Shown: one piece after another, positions 1 to 18,111 of the stretch
How positions within the stretch are numbered: the first letter of the stretch is position 1
Layout of the letters: each line of letters begins with the position of its first letter
Origin: the human T2T-CHM13v2.0 reference genome, Homo sapiens
Assembly: GCF_009914755.1 (NCBI RefSeq)
Contig: NC_060938.1
DNA: 64,000 bases
Strand: one strand, 5' to 3'
Made by a program: the position numbers and the translations under genes
Notes under the pieces: generated by a model
The model's database searches: none
Told to the model about the DNA's origin: nothing
Seen by the model: the letters and a program-made list of their open reading frames with translations, nothing else

Positions 1-165
<165 letters not shown>

Positions 166-237
166 TAGCCAGCATGGTCTCGATCTCCTGACCTCGTGAT
201 CCGCCCGCCTCGGCCTCCCAGAGTGCTGGGATTATAG

Positions 238-606
<369 letters not shown>

Positions 607-1552
607 TGACCCAAATGCCCTTAGAGTATTTGACACAATACTCTTAGAACATTCTCAAGGTGACATCATTTATGATTCTAAAGGTTTGAGAAGAATCTAC
701 AAATTCAACAATGGAACTGATTGAGCAGGTTTTGGTAGAGCCACGCAACAGAGTTTTGTGCAACCATTCAAAATGATCATATGGAAGTATATTTATTTAC
801 TGGAGTAATTATTTATTCATTGGTAATTGGTCAATTCAGTGATCATTTTTCTATTCTCAGCAACATTTAACACAGTTGATGTTGGCATTACCTCAGTGAC
901 AAGACACTTTCCAGATTTCTCTTCTGTCTCATCACTCTCATAGTTTTGCTCTGTAGGTATCTACTTCTTTTCAACTTCTACATGGAAATGCCCCAAAACT
1001 GGGACCCAATCTCTTACCCATCTATACTCTCCTTCAGAAATATATTTACACTCACAAATACTTGTCTTAGACTCAGATTTTACACTCCTATATCCAGCTG
1101 CACGTTTGAGGTGTCCATTTGAGTGATTAATGCATAAGCTACTCAGGCTTGAAATGACCAAGATCAGAACTCCTGAATCCTCTTTTCCCAAACCACTGCC
1201 TTATCTTATGGTCTCTTGGAAGCATTCAAAGCAGTTGACTGCCCCTTCGAAACACATTTTTCTCATGTTTTGCAGAACTCCAAGCTCTCCCATTTTCCTC
1301 CTTTATGCTCCTGCCAGTTCTGCAAATGTGGGAGTCGCCCAAGGCTTTGTTCATCAGCCCTCTTACCTAATCACATTTCTTCCAAGATGTCTTATCCAAG
1401 CCCATAGTTTTAAATGCCATCTGTGTTCAAATTAGTCCTTTCAACAGATATTTATTGTGTGCTTATTGCACTTATTATATAGGTAATTAACAAAGATGTG
1501 AAGCAGTTGCATTGCTTTTTTTTTTGAGACAGAGTCTTGCTCTGTCGCCTAG

Positions 1553-2602
<1,050 letters not shown>

Positions 2603-4565
2603 TAGCCTAAAAAAAAAAAAAAAAAAAAAACTTTGCCCTCGTGGATCTCATCTGGGGTGAGACTAGTGACTCCAAAATGGTATCTCCAGTTCTACCTGAC
2701 CACTGAGCTCCAAGAGACTCACATGCCACTGCCCCGCAGTTATCCACCTGGATGTTTGATGGGCATCTCACATTAACAATTCTACGTAGAAATCTTGATT
2801 TTTATATCTAACTTGTTCTGTCCCCAGTTGCACTAAATAATACCGCCTACCCAGCTACTTAAACCTAAAACATAAGCTGATTCCTCTTTCCCTCACCCTG
2901 CTGCCATTCAGTTACATAGTCCTGTTGTCTCTTCTTGTACACTCCAAATATATCCACTTCTATTTCTGCTCTGAGCCACCATCATCTCCATCGCAGACTT
3001 GTGCAATAGCTTCCAATCGGTCTCTTCAGCTCTTCCCTTCTGACAATCTCTTTTCCACACAGTTGCTTTAGTGATCTTTAAAATCAAATCAACTTACATC
3101 ATTACCTGCTGAAAACCTAGTAACTTCATATCCAAGTTCCTTATGTGTGTCTACATTTAATCCCTAACACACTTCGTATTCACCATCTAGTTTTCTTCCC
3201 CAATCAGTCTAATGTGACTCCTGTGCAGCCTGGGCACAGGCCATGGAACCTCAAGACCTTAAATGATGTCACCTTAGTGACTCCCTGCAACATGCTTCTC
3301 CCACCTCCAACACCTCATATAAAATGGCCAGCATCGTTTTTTGTTGTCCTTGTTTTGAGATGGAGTTTCACTCTGTCACCCAGGCTGGAGTGCAGCAGCG
3401 CGATGGCGGCTCACTGCAACCTCTGCCTCCCGGGCTCAAGCAATTCTCTTGCCCCAGCCTCCAAGCAGCTGGGACTAAAGGCATGCATCACCATGACCAG
3501 CTAATTTTTGTGTGTGTGTGTTAGTAGCGATGGATTTTTCTCCGTATTGGCCAGGCCGGTCTTGAACTCCTGACCTCAAGTGATCTGCCTGCCTCGGCCT
3601 CCCAAAGTGCTGGGATGACAGCCATGAGCCACCATGCTTGGCTTTTTTTTTTTAAACATGGTTTGCATTTGGTATTTTCTTGTTATAAGGTATGGCTCTC
3701 CCCATTTGAAAAGGTAAGCATCATGAAATCTAGGACCCTGCCTTTCTGGTTTACCACTGGATTCTCTGATGTCTAGAACATTACTGGGCAGGCAGATGAA
3801 TGAATATAGTAAAGAAAAAAGCAAGTTTAGTATGTATAGTATGATCCCAAAATATTTTTATAGAGAAAAATCTGGAACCACATTTACCAAAATATTAACA
3901 ATATTTCTGATAGTGGAATTGTAGATTGTTATAACTTTTTCGTTATGCTTGCTTACATTTTATAATTTTCTATGAACTTGTTTAGTAAAAAGTCTTAGAA
4001 TACCCTACCGTTAGGTTTTAAAGCTTTGCATCTAAAATAGCTTTGAGATGAGTTCCAAAAGGTTTAAAGCACCTGAGGGATGTGTAAAATTGCACTCTTT
4101 TCTATTATAACCCTGAGGTCAGTGAGCATAACCAAGGATTAATTGTCAACTTATTTTCACTCACCTTTGTAACATCAAAATTCTGGACGTTTGACCTTAA
4201 AAAAGGCATTTCCAAACATGAATACATGAACACACCATACTTCTCAAAGGACAACAAACTACAACTGGTTGTTTAGAAGTGATAATGGCCTTTAGGGTTC
4301 CCGAACCCTCTGAAATTATGTGTAGGGGCAGGCTCATGTGGGGCTTGGGGACATGGGTCTCAGTAGAGGCCCATAGGGCCCATAGCTTTCATTAGATTCT
4401 CTGAGGGTTCCTGCCCTCTGCTTTGCCAAGTTTCTTACTATATGATGTTCTCTTTCCCAGAAGAATCTCTTTGGGAAAAGACAGTGTACAGTTGTGGAAG
4501 AGCCCCCTTGCGCAAAACAAATGTTCTCTTGCCTAAAATTCATCCATTAAGGAAAGCTATCCTTA

Positions 4566-4905
<340 letters not shown>

Positions 4906-5269
4906 CTAGGTATTGAGCCATTATCAGTTATTAACCCCTTTGTGCAAACTCTCTTATCCTATCCTTGCGCAAATACTGCATTTGCTCTCTTCAGATGCCA
5001 TTTGTTCTATTTATTGGGAAGTAGAGGTCCAGAGTAGATGGCTGAGACCTACTGACTTAAGTGAGATACTGTGATAGCACATGCCAGATCCTAATACATA
5101 ACAAACAGCTTCATGAGACAAAACTTAATGCACTGGAATTTTCTATTCTGCCATGACTCATTAATATTTCAACCCACTGATCAGTTTGACCTTCAGTCTG
5201 AAACACTGCTCAAGATAAATGATCTTGTATATCTTCAGTAGCATGTTCAGTAAGGAAGTAGACGAAGGC

Positions 5270-5490
5270 AGGACAATACCATGCTGGTGAGGCGCCTGGA
5301 CTCCAGTCAGATAACCCAGCATCAACTCTGCTGTGACCCTTACCAGCTGTGTGACTTTGGGCAACTTATTTAACCTACCTATGCCTGTTTTCTTCATGTA
5401 TAACTAAAGGTGATAGTGAACCTAATGAGGATTAAATTGCGCAATGAATAAGCACTTACCACAGTGCCTAGCATAGTAAACATTTAATAC
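5270..5490. mobile_element. MIR SINE
   Basis: MIR core agctgtgtgactttgggcaacttatttaacct...gaggattaaat...agcacttaccacagtgcctagcatagtaa. Confidence 0.75.
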
Positions 5491-6921
5491 ATGTATTAAA
5501 GAATTGGAGCAATGGTCTTGCAACCTTTTCCACAACCCCCCCAGCCCTTTAATTCAGAAAACCTGCCTAAAAATGAAGCCCAAAGTGTAAGCACAATAAA
5601 AACAATAAAAGTGGAGCCCTTGAATAGAGTGGGTAGGAGCCTTGGCTCCAGAGAAAACGCATATATGTGCATAGGATCAGAATGAAATGTCCCATTTTAA
5701 GTTTACCTTCCCTGCTATGAGCTACCACCACCATTACAAGAGGACACTAAATTTCACAGATGGTGGTGAATGACTGGGGCTCACCTGATTTTGCTTAATA
5801 AGGATCTCTTATGGACTACAAAATCAAATTCCTATGCCTGTAAGGCAGGGAAAACAGTTCATGAGCACAATCCAATCTGTAAGCATGTCTTCTTGGTTGC
5901 AAACTGCAGTTTAAATTAGTGCTTGCGAAGTCAGGATATTGTACCGAAAAATCCAGATTTCTCTAAAATGGCCCCATAGGCCTGGTTTCCTGCATGGCTG
6001 CCCCTGGCTGAAGAATGCTTCATTCGGTCTGTCCAGTCTCTGGCATTCTGTGGTTTCCCTACAGAAACCACGTGTTTGCTTTTTTTATAGTAGAGAAATC
6101 TTACCACTATCTCTGTGTGTTAACAATCTGGCTCCTGCTTTGAGGTGCACCTTCACTTAACGGTGCCTCGTAAACAGATTGCAGCAGTGAGATCAGCCGG
6201 GCTTCAGCTGATTAAACACCCAGTTGGGAACACCCAGCTGGGAACACACTGTCTCTGTTCTTTACTAAAGCAAAGTCCACTCTTTCACACCGGCTCCTCT
6301 GCTGTCCTATCTTACAGACCTTGGCTTTCTTTTCCATCTCTGGACGATGTTGATCCTCACCTGGTTCTAGTTCCTGCCTTACCTTATTCTAATATTGATG
6401 GCCTGCTTCTGGCAATTTACACTGCCTTGTTTCACTTCACTTCATCTTGTTTAACCCCTAAATGCACCCTACTTTCACTGTGTTCTTGAAAAGATCTCAA
6501 AATACCTCTGCTTTAATTATAGAAGCAATTATGTATCCACTGAATGAGAGGACACCTTGATTTCAATTTCCATTTATAAACTTCTGCCCATCATCATTCA
6601 TATTTAGCTCTGTGAGTCTCATAACTGCACCAGCAGCCTTGCATGTCTATTTTACTGCCACTTTCTAGGCCCAAACTGTTTAAATTTATGTCTTGATTTC
6701 ATCTTTAAACTTTGATTTTACCAGGTTATTCTTGAAATTAAAGTTAAACCTTGCTCTTCTAACATTAGGCCCCTTCTAACATTCTTCCAATTTTCCATCC
6801 CCAAACCACATATCAGATTGTCATGTTCTCTTTGCTGCTAAATTAACTTATCACTGCATTCATATTAAATTTCCTTGAGGAATTTCCCTTTCACTGTGTC
6901 ATTTTTATATTTTTTTATTAG

Positions 6922-7167
<246 letters not shown>

Positions 7168-7170
7168 TGA

Positions 7171-7359
<189 letters not shown>

Positions 7360-7787
7360 TGACAGAGTCTCGCTCTGTCACCCAGGCTGGAGTACAATGG
7401 CACAATCTTGGCTCACCGCAACCTCCGCCTCCCAGGTTCAAGTGATTCTCCCTGCCTCAGCCTCCCGAGAAGCTGGGATTACAGGCGCCCGCCACCATGC
7501 CCAGCTAATTTTTGTATTTTTTTTTTTAGCAGAGATAGGGTTTTGCTACCTTGGCTAGGCTGGTCTCGAACTCCTGACCTCAGGTGATCCACCCGCCTTG
7601 GCCTCCCAAAGCACTAGGATTACAGGCGTGAGCCACTGCGCCTGGCCCCCATATATTTTTCTTAAAAGACTATGCAGAAAATATTTTTCCTAGAAAACTT
7701 TCTCAAGTATACCATCATATTTATCACTTAGTATCAAAATTTCACAAAATACAAATTTAAGCAGAACATCCTAAAGTTTACCATAAT

Positions 7788-7793
7788 TTTATT
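7788..7793 (-). terminator. POLE2: POLE2 poly(A) signal AATAAA; short 3'UTR of about 100 nt
   Basis: tttatt on + strand 75 nt past the stop codon; U/GU-rich sequence follows on the minus strand (gttctgcttaaatttgtattttgtg). Confidence 0.85.
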
Positions 7794-7868
7794 GTAATAT
7801 CAGAATCACATAAGATATAGAGTTAAGCAGAAAACTGATGAATTTTCTTCAGATGATCTTTAAGAATC

Positions 7869-7887
7869 TCAAAAGCCTTGAAGTTTG
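7869..7887 (-). CDS. POLE2: POLE2 exon 19 coding part (S-KLQGF*)
   Basis: ttcag|C AAA CTT CAA GGC TTT TGA. Confidence 0.96.
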
Positions 7888-8045
7888 CTGAAAATAGAAA
7901 AAAAAATTAAATATTTGGAAACCTAAGTTGTATACTTACTAATAGTTGTAGTTAATTTTTTTAAATAGGTATAGTTAATTGATTTTTAAAAACAGGTCAA
8001 TACATACATACTGTTTCAAATTCAAAAGGAGACTCTAAAAAATAA

Positions 8046-8219
<174 letters not shown>

Positions 8220-8416
8220 TGAGTAGCTGAGATTATAGGCACTTGCCACCATGCCTGGCTAATTTTTGTATTTTTAGTAGAGACGAGGTTTCACCATGTT
8301 GGACAGACTGGTCTTGAACTCCTGACCTCAGGTGATCCACCCGCCTCAGCCTCCCAAAAAGTGCTAGGATTAGAGGCATGAGCCACCGCGCCCGGCCAAC
8401 AACTATATGTCCTTTA

Positions 8417-8777
<361 letters not shown>

Positions 8778-9037
8778 TTATGCTTTAAAAACATACAGAA
8801 GTGATAGGATATTATGCATACTTTCTACACCTTTTTTCCATTAGTAGTAAATACATTATATTTACTTCTTTGAGGCTTAGAAATTTAAGTAAATCAGAAA
8901 GTTCTGAATAAGTACAAATATTTAGATATATATACATTTTTAAAATTTCTTGGTATAAAAACTGCAGTAAAAAGGCTGGGCGCAGTGGCTCATGCCTGTA
9001 ATCCCAGCCACTTTGGGAGGCCAAGACCGGTGGATCA

Positions 9038-9397
<360 letters not shown>

Positions 9398-11492
9398 TCA
9401 AATTGCCCTCCATAAAGGTTTCTGCCATTTTTCATTCTGACCAACTACATGTGAGAATGTGTATTTCCTCCAAAACATCACCAATATTGTGTTTTTAAAT
9501 AAAACTACTTGAAAGTCATGTTTAAACAGGGTTAATTTTATCAACTTTGACTACATTTCTGTGATTAATTCCACAATATGATTTCACAAATATTCTAACA
9601 GAAGGCTTCTTAGGAGAAACTAAGTGGCAAGAAGGCCAGATTATTTCAATATATCTTGAAACTTTTCTGTTTTCCTAAAACATAAACTTACATCAGTTTG
9701 TTTGATCTAGCATTGAAAAGATTCCCCAGTTACCAATACAAAATTATAGTTTGGAAATTATGTCAAGGCTTTCAGCATCTGAGGCCACAGCAGATAAAGG
9801 AAGCAACTATTTCAGTGGACAAAGAGTGAGCATCAACTGCAAGTACCATGAGACAGGGTACTTGACAGCTGTCACCCAGGCTGGAGTGCAGTGTGGACCA
9901 ATCACAGTTCACTGCAACCTCTGACTCCCGAGCTCAAGTGAGCTCAAGTGATCTTCCCACCTCAGTCTCCCCAGTACCTGGGACTACAGGTGTGGGCCAC
10001 CACACCCAGCTAATTTTTTGTATTTTTTTGTAGAGAACAGGCCTTGCCATGTTGCCCAGGCTGGTCTTAAACTCCTGACTTAAGTCATCTGCCTGCCTTG
10101 GCCTCCCAAAGTGCTGGATTACAGGTGTGAGCCACCACGAATGGCTGCAGACTGTTTTATGTCTACAAGTTTTATGCCAAATGTTATTTCAGTAAAAGAC
10201 ATTCTAACATTGGATAAGACTGTATGCTCCAGGCTGACAGCCCTCAGAGTTGACTTAGTCCTGGGGTCACAAAATCAAGTGCCCTCAGGATATCCAGCGT
10301 AGACAAGTGGGCTGGAAAAGAGCCACAGCGTCTGGCCTCCTTTTTAATTTTATATTTATAAGCATGTTTTGAAAATTATTCATTTTATATTCACTTTTAT
10401 TTTAAATAAATATGTTAATTCCAAAAAGAAAAAGACAACTGGGCTGTGTTCAAGATTATATTCTCTGACAATAACCTGGAGGGGAGTTACTTGATTTGGT
10501 CAGTTGTTTTTTTGTTGGTTTTTTTTTTTTTTTTTGAGATAGAGTCTCACTCTGTTGCCCAGGCTGGAGTGCAGTGGCGCCATCTCTGCTCACTCAACCT
10601 GTACCTCTCAGGTTCAAGCAATTCTCCTGCCTTAGCCTCCTTCTCCTGAGTAGCTGGGATTACAGGCACACGCCACCACACCCGGGTAATTTTTGTATTT
10701 TTAATAAAGACGGGGTTTCACCATGTTGGTCAGGCTGGTCTCAAACTCCTGAGCTCGTGATCCACACACCTCGGCCTCCCAAAGTCCTGGGATTACAGGC
10801 ATGAGCCACCGTGCCCTGCCTGGGCACTTGTTCTTAACCAGTGGTGGGAACTTTTTCAAAATACAGTTATCTGAGAAATCACATGTTAGGATGCCTGAAA
10901 TTACAGGAAATAATATTTAAAATGCCTATTCTTTACAATTAGAAAGTCATTTGATGAGTCTGGGGCAAAATCCTAACTTAACATTTTTAACAAGGACCCC
11001 AGAGGATTCTGATGTGGGTGATCTATGTAGATCACCCTGTGAAAACTACTACCCACTAGGTGATTATTTTCTTCTTTCTCAAGACCTTTCCGTAACTCCA
11101 ACCCCATACCATCACCAAACTCACACACAGCTCCCTCACTGTCAATTTAAGGGAAAGTACCTAAGAAGCAACCATACGGAGGGCAGGACTGACCTCTCAG
11201 AAGAGTGAGACCATCGTCAGGAGTTGGCCTGTAAGAGAACTAGCTCACCTCCACAGCTGGCCTGAGATTTCCCCCAGAAAACAGTTCTTGATCTATTTCA
11301 ACACAAACGTACCATCATGTACCCACAATTCTGTGTCACACAGCATAACCGTGATAAGCTCAGCCAATAATATTTCTTTATGGGCCACTGTAGACATTTT
11401 CAAAAATCCCAACACACTGATAGAACATCTCATTTTCAGTAATTTAACACCTAGAGAAAGATCTTTCTTGCTGTGTCTGTGCACACACTTAC

Positions 11493-11560
11493 CTATCTTC
11501 TACTGTCTTATTAGAAGGATAAAAAACTTTGAATGAAAATCCACTTCTTGGAAAAGAGCC
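11493..11560 (-). CDS. POLE2: POLE2 exon 18 ([22 protein letters not shown])
   Basis: ccaaag| (AAG acceptor) and AG|gtaagt, 68 nt. Confidence 0.96.
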
Positions 11561-12769
11561 CTTTGGGGGAGAAAAATGCCTGTAAGTGAATGCTCAGACT
11601 TTTTTTTAAAATAAATTTTTTTAAACACAATATGTATATTTTTTATTTTTTATTTTATTTATTTATTTTTTTTTTGAGACATGGTCTCACTCTCATCACC
11701 CAGGCTGGAGTGCAGTGGGGCAATCTCACTGCAACCTCCATTTCCGGGATTCAAGCGATCTTCCCATCTCAGCCTCCCAGGTAGCTGGGACCACAGGCAT
11801 GGGCCACCACGCCTAGCTAATTTTTGTATTTTTTGTAAAGAGGGACAGGGTTTCACTGTGTTGCCCAGGCTAGTCTTGAACTCTTGGGCACAGGTGATCT
11901 GCTCACCTCGGCCTCTCAGAGTGCTGGGATTACAGGCATGAGCCACCGTGCCCAGCCGAATACTCAAGTTTTATAAAATAATTCCTGTTTTTTAAAAGTC
12001 CTTGGTTGTGACTTAAAATGACAAGATGTGACTATAAAGTAACACAACAGATTTTTACACGATCTTTTTACAGAGTTGTTACTATAAAATATCTCCACTT
12101 GAAGCAAAAGTCTTTTGAGTTGGCTAGACAGTCTTAATGCTAAAAGATGAGGTTGGAAATGCTTAGGAGGAGCTCTACTTAGTGTAAAAAATAAACAGAC
12201 TGTGTAACGCCAAATATGCATGTGAGACAATCAGCAAGTTCAAGAAGTCTTTCCTGCCCCTCTCTCTAATGCAAAACTGATTTGCATTCCTATGTACCTG
12301 TTTGATTCCCTTCCTATGTGCCTGTAAAGCAACTGAGCAATAATCACACATACAATTGTTTGTCTACTATGAAACTCTCACGTGGCTGAGCAGAGGCCCT
12401 GTCTTTTCAGTCTTTGTGCCCCAAGCACCGAACCCAACACCTAGCCTATGGCAGGCATTCGTTAATGTGAATAAATATCAAGAAAGGATGAAGTAATGTC
12501 TAAGGCTAGTTTTGAGCTTGCCCAAAAGGTATAAATAAGGTAAAAAAGATATAATGATGGTGTAGGAGGTGGTGGTTTACTCACAGGGATGAAAAAGTAG
12601 AAAAATTCAGAAATAAGGTATATTCAAATAGAGCATTAACTAGGAGAATGCCCAAAGTTTAAGTAAGGAAATAGCATCACCATGAAAGACTATTTCAATG
12701 TGAATAAAAATCAGGTCATAAATTTCTAAGCAATAAAACCAAATCAGTTAACTGTGTTCATTCTTAAAG

Positions 12770-12982
12770 CAGAGGCTCTTAACCAGGGTTCCTTTGTCCC
12801 TCAGGGGGACATTTGGCCAGTGTCTGGAGACATTTCTGATTGTTACAGCTGGGGAATACTACTGGCATTTAGTGGACAGAGGCCAGGGATGCTGCTAAAC
12901 AGCTTACAATGCACAGGATAGCCCCCACCACCAAAAATTACTTGGTCCAAAATGTCAAAAGTGCCAAGGCCGATAAGCCATG
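12770..12982. mobile_element. MER20 (hAT-Charlie)
   Basis: ggggacatttggccagtgtctggagacattt...gaggccagggatgctgctaaac...caaaatgtcaaaagtgccaagg. Confidence 0.8.
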
Positions 12983-13263
12983 TCTTAGAAGAAGCTGGAC
13001 AAACTGTGTGTTTGAGGAAAGCAAAGTAGAGACAGGCCCTTTCTATGTTGCCCATGCTGGTTGTGAACTCCTGGACTCAAGCCATCTTCCTGCCTCGGCC
13101 TCCCAAAGTGCTGGGATTACAGGCCCAGCATCATGCCAAAAATAAGGCATGATGTTTCTAGAAATTACTCAGATGAAACAAAAAATTAGTAAAGTCTAAA
13201 ATTCACAAGAATCAAGGAAGCATGCATATTAAAAATCTCTAGTGGAGATAATATTTTGTTTGA

Positions 13264-13551
<288 letters not shown>

Positions 13552-13629
13552 TAGCCAGGATGGTCTCGATCTCCTGACCTCGTGATCTGCCCGCCTTGGC
13601 CTCCCAAAGTGCTGGGATTACAGGCGTGA

Positions 13630-13869
<240 letters not shown>

Positions 13870-14464
13870 TGAACTCCTGACCTCGTGATCCACCCACCTC
13901 GGCCTCCCAAAGTGCTGGGATTACAGGTGTGAGCCACCATACCTGGCCTAAAAGTCAATTATATTTCTGCAGAAATTCTGAAGCAACCTCAAGATTCTGA
14001 AGCAATTTCAAGGTTCTACATAAAATTAAGTAATAAAATATGTACCAATGAGGTTTCTATATTAATCAGGCTTAGATTTTTGGGACCTGTGCAATTTCCA
14101 AAAATCAAAATCATTCTCAAAGGACAAGTACCACCAATATGCAGGCTCTGAAGCAATTCCCAGAAAGGAATCCCAAGATAAGTTCTGAAGAGGAGAAAAT
14201 TACTCTTTTGGATTTATGTTTTGGTATGCTTGTGGGTATGCTTGTTTTTTTGTTTTTTAAGTCATGTTACTTTATAGTCACTATACTGAAAGTTTAAGAA
14301 CTTTCTGTGTATACCAACTTTCTGTGTATAGAAACTTAATTCAGTGTTTCACTAATAGCATATTTTTACTTCGACAATAATCTTATTAAATATATATTTT
14401 TAAATTAAAAAATGCACTCTAATCTTGATAAATAATGACTATATAAGATTAACTACATTCTTAC

Positions 14465-14641
14465 AGGGTTTATGCAGAGGCATTCGGTATTTGTCGTAGT
14501 GAAAGGATCATATTTGTCTGCAATGACAAGTAGATCGGGCACAGGATACACTCTCAAAGCATAGTCATATGCCCAATACACTGGGCAGACATAAAGAGGT
14601 AGGGGAGTCAGATGTCCTTGGGATAAGATAGTCTTTACAAA
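14465..14641 (-). CDS. POLE2: POLE2 exon 17 ([15 protein letters not shown]...TECLCINP)
   Basis: tgtag| and CCT|gtaaga, 177 nt. Confidence 0.97.
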
Positions 14642-15468
14642 CTACAAAAGAGCACAAAACAAAGCAAACTTCAGTTCATTTGCAAAAGTGAAAATAGCTA
14701 AACAAATAATTTCAAATTAAATATTAATTACCAAAAGGAACCAGAAAATTTGAGAAACTAGGAAAGCTTTGACTCACAGAGCTTTGGGAGACACTAATTT
14801 AAAAGTGAAATAAACTATTCTGTATTTTAGGAAAAAAAATCTATGAGTTTTCATTTAATAACATATACATCATTATGCTGCCCAGGCTGGTCTCAAACTC
14901 CTGGCCTCAAGCAAGCCACCCAAAGTGCTGGGATTACAGGCATAAGCCACTGCACCTGGTCCATAAACTTTAAATATTATAAAATGAATAATAAAAATGC
15001 TCTGTAACATCTATTTCCGTACTTCTCAAATGGGGGTGTATGTAACCTGTGATTGACAACTATTGTCAGGGAACCTCGAAGCTACAAGATAAATACTGCA
15101 CATTCTTGTGATATGGACATACTATATAAAATATGTAACCAATGGGATAAATAAGAACAGTTTATTAAAACAAATATACATATATTTTCAAGTATAATTT
15201 AAGAGTTTAAAAGGCAAAACACGAAGCTTGAAAGAAATTTCATGCTTATTCTCAGCTTTTCTCTGTCCTCTAAAGGACATACACTTAGGTAGAAAGCTGA
15301 GAAACACTGACTTCACTAACAAAAATTAACTTACTGACAAAAGTACGTTCAAACTATTTTGAACCATAAATAAATGTCCTAACCCAAGGACAAATTATTA
15401 AGTGGCTTAATAAAATTTTATATAATGCAACATGTAAGGCAGTTTAATAAAAAAGTTGTTTCACTTAC

Positions 15469-15577
15469 GTGATTAGGAATAGCCAAATTGCTGCTAGGAA
15501 AACGGACGCAGTTTCTGCACATTTTATTTACTAAGTCTTCACGGAAGACAGTAATTTCCTGTGTACAGTACTGAATT
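15469..15577 (-). CDS. POLE2: POLE2 exon 16 ([36 protein letters not shown])
   Basis: ttcag| and CAC|gtaagt, 109 nt. Confidence 0.97.
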
Positions 15578-15714
15578 CTGAAATGAAAACAGTAGTTGAA
15601 TTTGACTTCTCAGAAAAAAATGATATTAATTTTAAAGGTAAAATCTCTTACAATACAACCCCATTCCCACATTCACTGTTCACCACACAAAACTTCAACC
15701 AGAGTCTGTCTATT

Positions 15715-17375
15715 CATCTATTCATTTAACAGCTATGTATTGAGCTCTTAATATATGCCTACCCCATTCTAGGGATTAGCGAACAGAACCAAAAGATCCC
15801 AGCCCTCATACAGTTTACATTCTAGTAGGGGGTGGGGCTGAGAAAATAAAAAGCGAACATAATCATATAGTATGTTTTAAGATAATTAAGCATAAGAGAA
15901 AAAGAAAAAGACAGGCTAAGAGGGACAGCATATGTGGTAAGAGAGAGCCTAGAAGGCGGGCATATTAATAGGATGATCAGAACAGGCCGGGCTCATAATT
16001 TAGTGTGACTTGAGCACAGGCTTGAAGCGGAAGAGGGACTTAGTCAAGCAGATACCCAGAGGAAGCGCACTGCAGGCAAAGGGAACAGATGGAGCCCAGG
16101 CCCTCAGACTGGAGCTCGCCTGGCATCCTTGAGGAACAGAAGGGAGGCTAGTGTGGCTGGAGTAAATGGGGAGGAGAGGAAATCAGAGAGGTAACGGAGC
16201 CAGATAACACAGGGCCTTGATTACCACTGCAAGGATACGGCTGTCACTAAATCACGAGGGGTCCCTTTTTCCAATGAGGGTCCCTTTTTCCAGGATCGGG
16301 AAGGTGGATGGGATATGCCTTATGCTTTACAGGATCACTTTCACACTGCGTTAAGAATAGAATACGGAGGGGAAGGAGTAAAAGCTGGAGACCAATTAGG
16401 AGGCTATTGTAATAATCCAGGCCGAGAAGATGGCAGAGCAGGGCTCCTCAACCTCCAGGCCATGGACTGGTACCAGTCCATGGTCTGTTAGGAACTGGAC
16501 CACACAGCAGGAGGTGAGCAGCAGGCTGCAAGCAAGCAAAGCTTCATCTGTATTTACAGCCACTCCCCATCGGTTGTATTACATCCTGACCTCTGCCTCC
16601 TGTCAGATCAGCAGGGGCATTAGATTCTCACAGGAGCACGAATCCTGTTGTGAACTGTACACGTGAGTGATCTAGGCTGCACACTCGTTATAAGAATCTA
16701 ATGTCTGATGATCTGTCACTGTCTCCCATCATCCCCAGATGGGACCGTCTGGTTTCAGGAAAACAAGCTTAGGGCTCCTACTGATTCTATATTATGGTAA
16801 GTTGTATAATTGTTTTATTATATATTATAATGTAATAATAATAGAAATAAAGTGCACAATAAGTGTAATACGCTTGAATCATCCCAAAATCACCCCCACC
16901 CCCCCTGGCGTCTGTCTCCCATAAGATCAGTCCCTGGTGCCAAAAAGGTTGGGGACCACTGTGGTAGAGGGTTGTGGAGGTAGAGGTATAGAGAGAGAGC
17001 AGATTCTGGATATAATTTGAAGTTAATGGGACTTCCTGAAAAAACATGTGAGAGAAACCCCAAAGTGTTTGGCCTGAACAACTGGAATAATCATTGTTCA
17101 GACCATGAAGGTGTCATGAACTAACATGGAGAAGTCTACAGAAGAGGTTAGGGACACTCGTGGGGAGGAAGATCAGGAGTTCACTTAGGTTGGGATGGTG
17201 ATAAGTAGGCAACTGGATACCTGAGTCTGGAGTTTGGAAGGTAGGTTGAAGTGGAAATATAAATGTGGAAGGTGTCAATACACAGATGATACTTAAAGCC
17301 AGAGGACACTGGAGAAGGCCAGCAAAGGAGTGAATGTAGGCAGAAAAGAGGCGAACCAAGGCTGCCTCTGATGGT
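15715..17375 (-). mobile_element. L2 LINE 3' fragment interrupted by MER1A
   Basis: attcatttaacagctatgtattgagc (L2 3' end, reverse) followed by a typical purine-rich L2 body. Confidence 0.7.
16439..16961. mobile_element. MER1A-like hAT-Charlie element inserted in an L2
   Basis: TIR-like ends cagggctcctcaacct...aggttggggaccactg; 8-bp TSD tggcagag/tggtagag; about 520 nt. Confidence 0.8.
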
Positions 17376-18033
17376 ATTCCCACAGGAAGAACTTATGATT
17401 ACAATGAGCAATACGAACAGTAAATAAGTAATCTTTGTATTCTTCCTTTGTAACCTTTCTTAAAGGATATGTAGTAATAATATCTATTTTTAAACTGCTA
17501 TCCATTATTCAAGAGTCTGAATTGACTACCAATAAATTATTTAAATATAGTTAAACTATTTTCAAAGTTTTGAGAAACCTAAAACAAAAATAAATTTTCT
17601 TCTTATATTTATTCCATAACAGTCGAAATTCAGAGACACATTTTAGGAATCAAGTTAGTTTTTTTGTTTTTTGTTTTTTTTGTTTTTTTGTTTTTTGTTT
17701 TTTTGAGACAGGGTCTTGCTCTGTCGCCCAGGCTGCAGGCTGGAATGCAGTAGTGCATTCTCAGCTCACAGCAACCTCTCCACCTACCAGGCTCAAGTGA
17801 TCCTCCCATCTCAGCCTCTTCAGTAGAACCACAGGCGCGTGCCACCAAGCCCAGCTAATTTTTGTACTTTTTGTAGAGATGGGTTTCACTGTGTTGCCAA
17901 AGCTGGTCTCGGAACTCCAAGCAACCTGCCTGCCTCGGCCTCCCAAAGTGCTGAGATTACAGACATGAGCCACCACACCTGGCTAATTTTTAAATGAAAG
18001 GAAAAATGTATAACACAAAATACTAATTCTTAC

Positions 18034-18111
18034 CTGCAAGGATTAGTAGTAAAAACTGAAAATGGTACCCTTTGTCTGAATTCATTAGTGATGCTTTCAG
18101 CAAGTGGTGGC
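18034..18111 (-). CDS. POLE2: POLE2 exon 15 ([25 protein letters not shown])
   Basis: tatag| and AG|gtaaga, 78 nt; preceded by an 87-nt intron. Confidence 0.97.

Noticed and set aside
11561-11582. Alternative CAG acceptor 19 nt upstream of the exon 18 AAG acceptor
   Set aside because: It has no pyrimidine tract of its own and directly follows the probable branch sequence (CACTTAC), so it is likely too close to be used.
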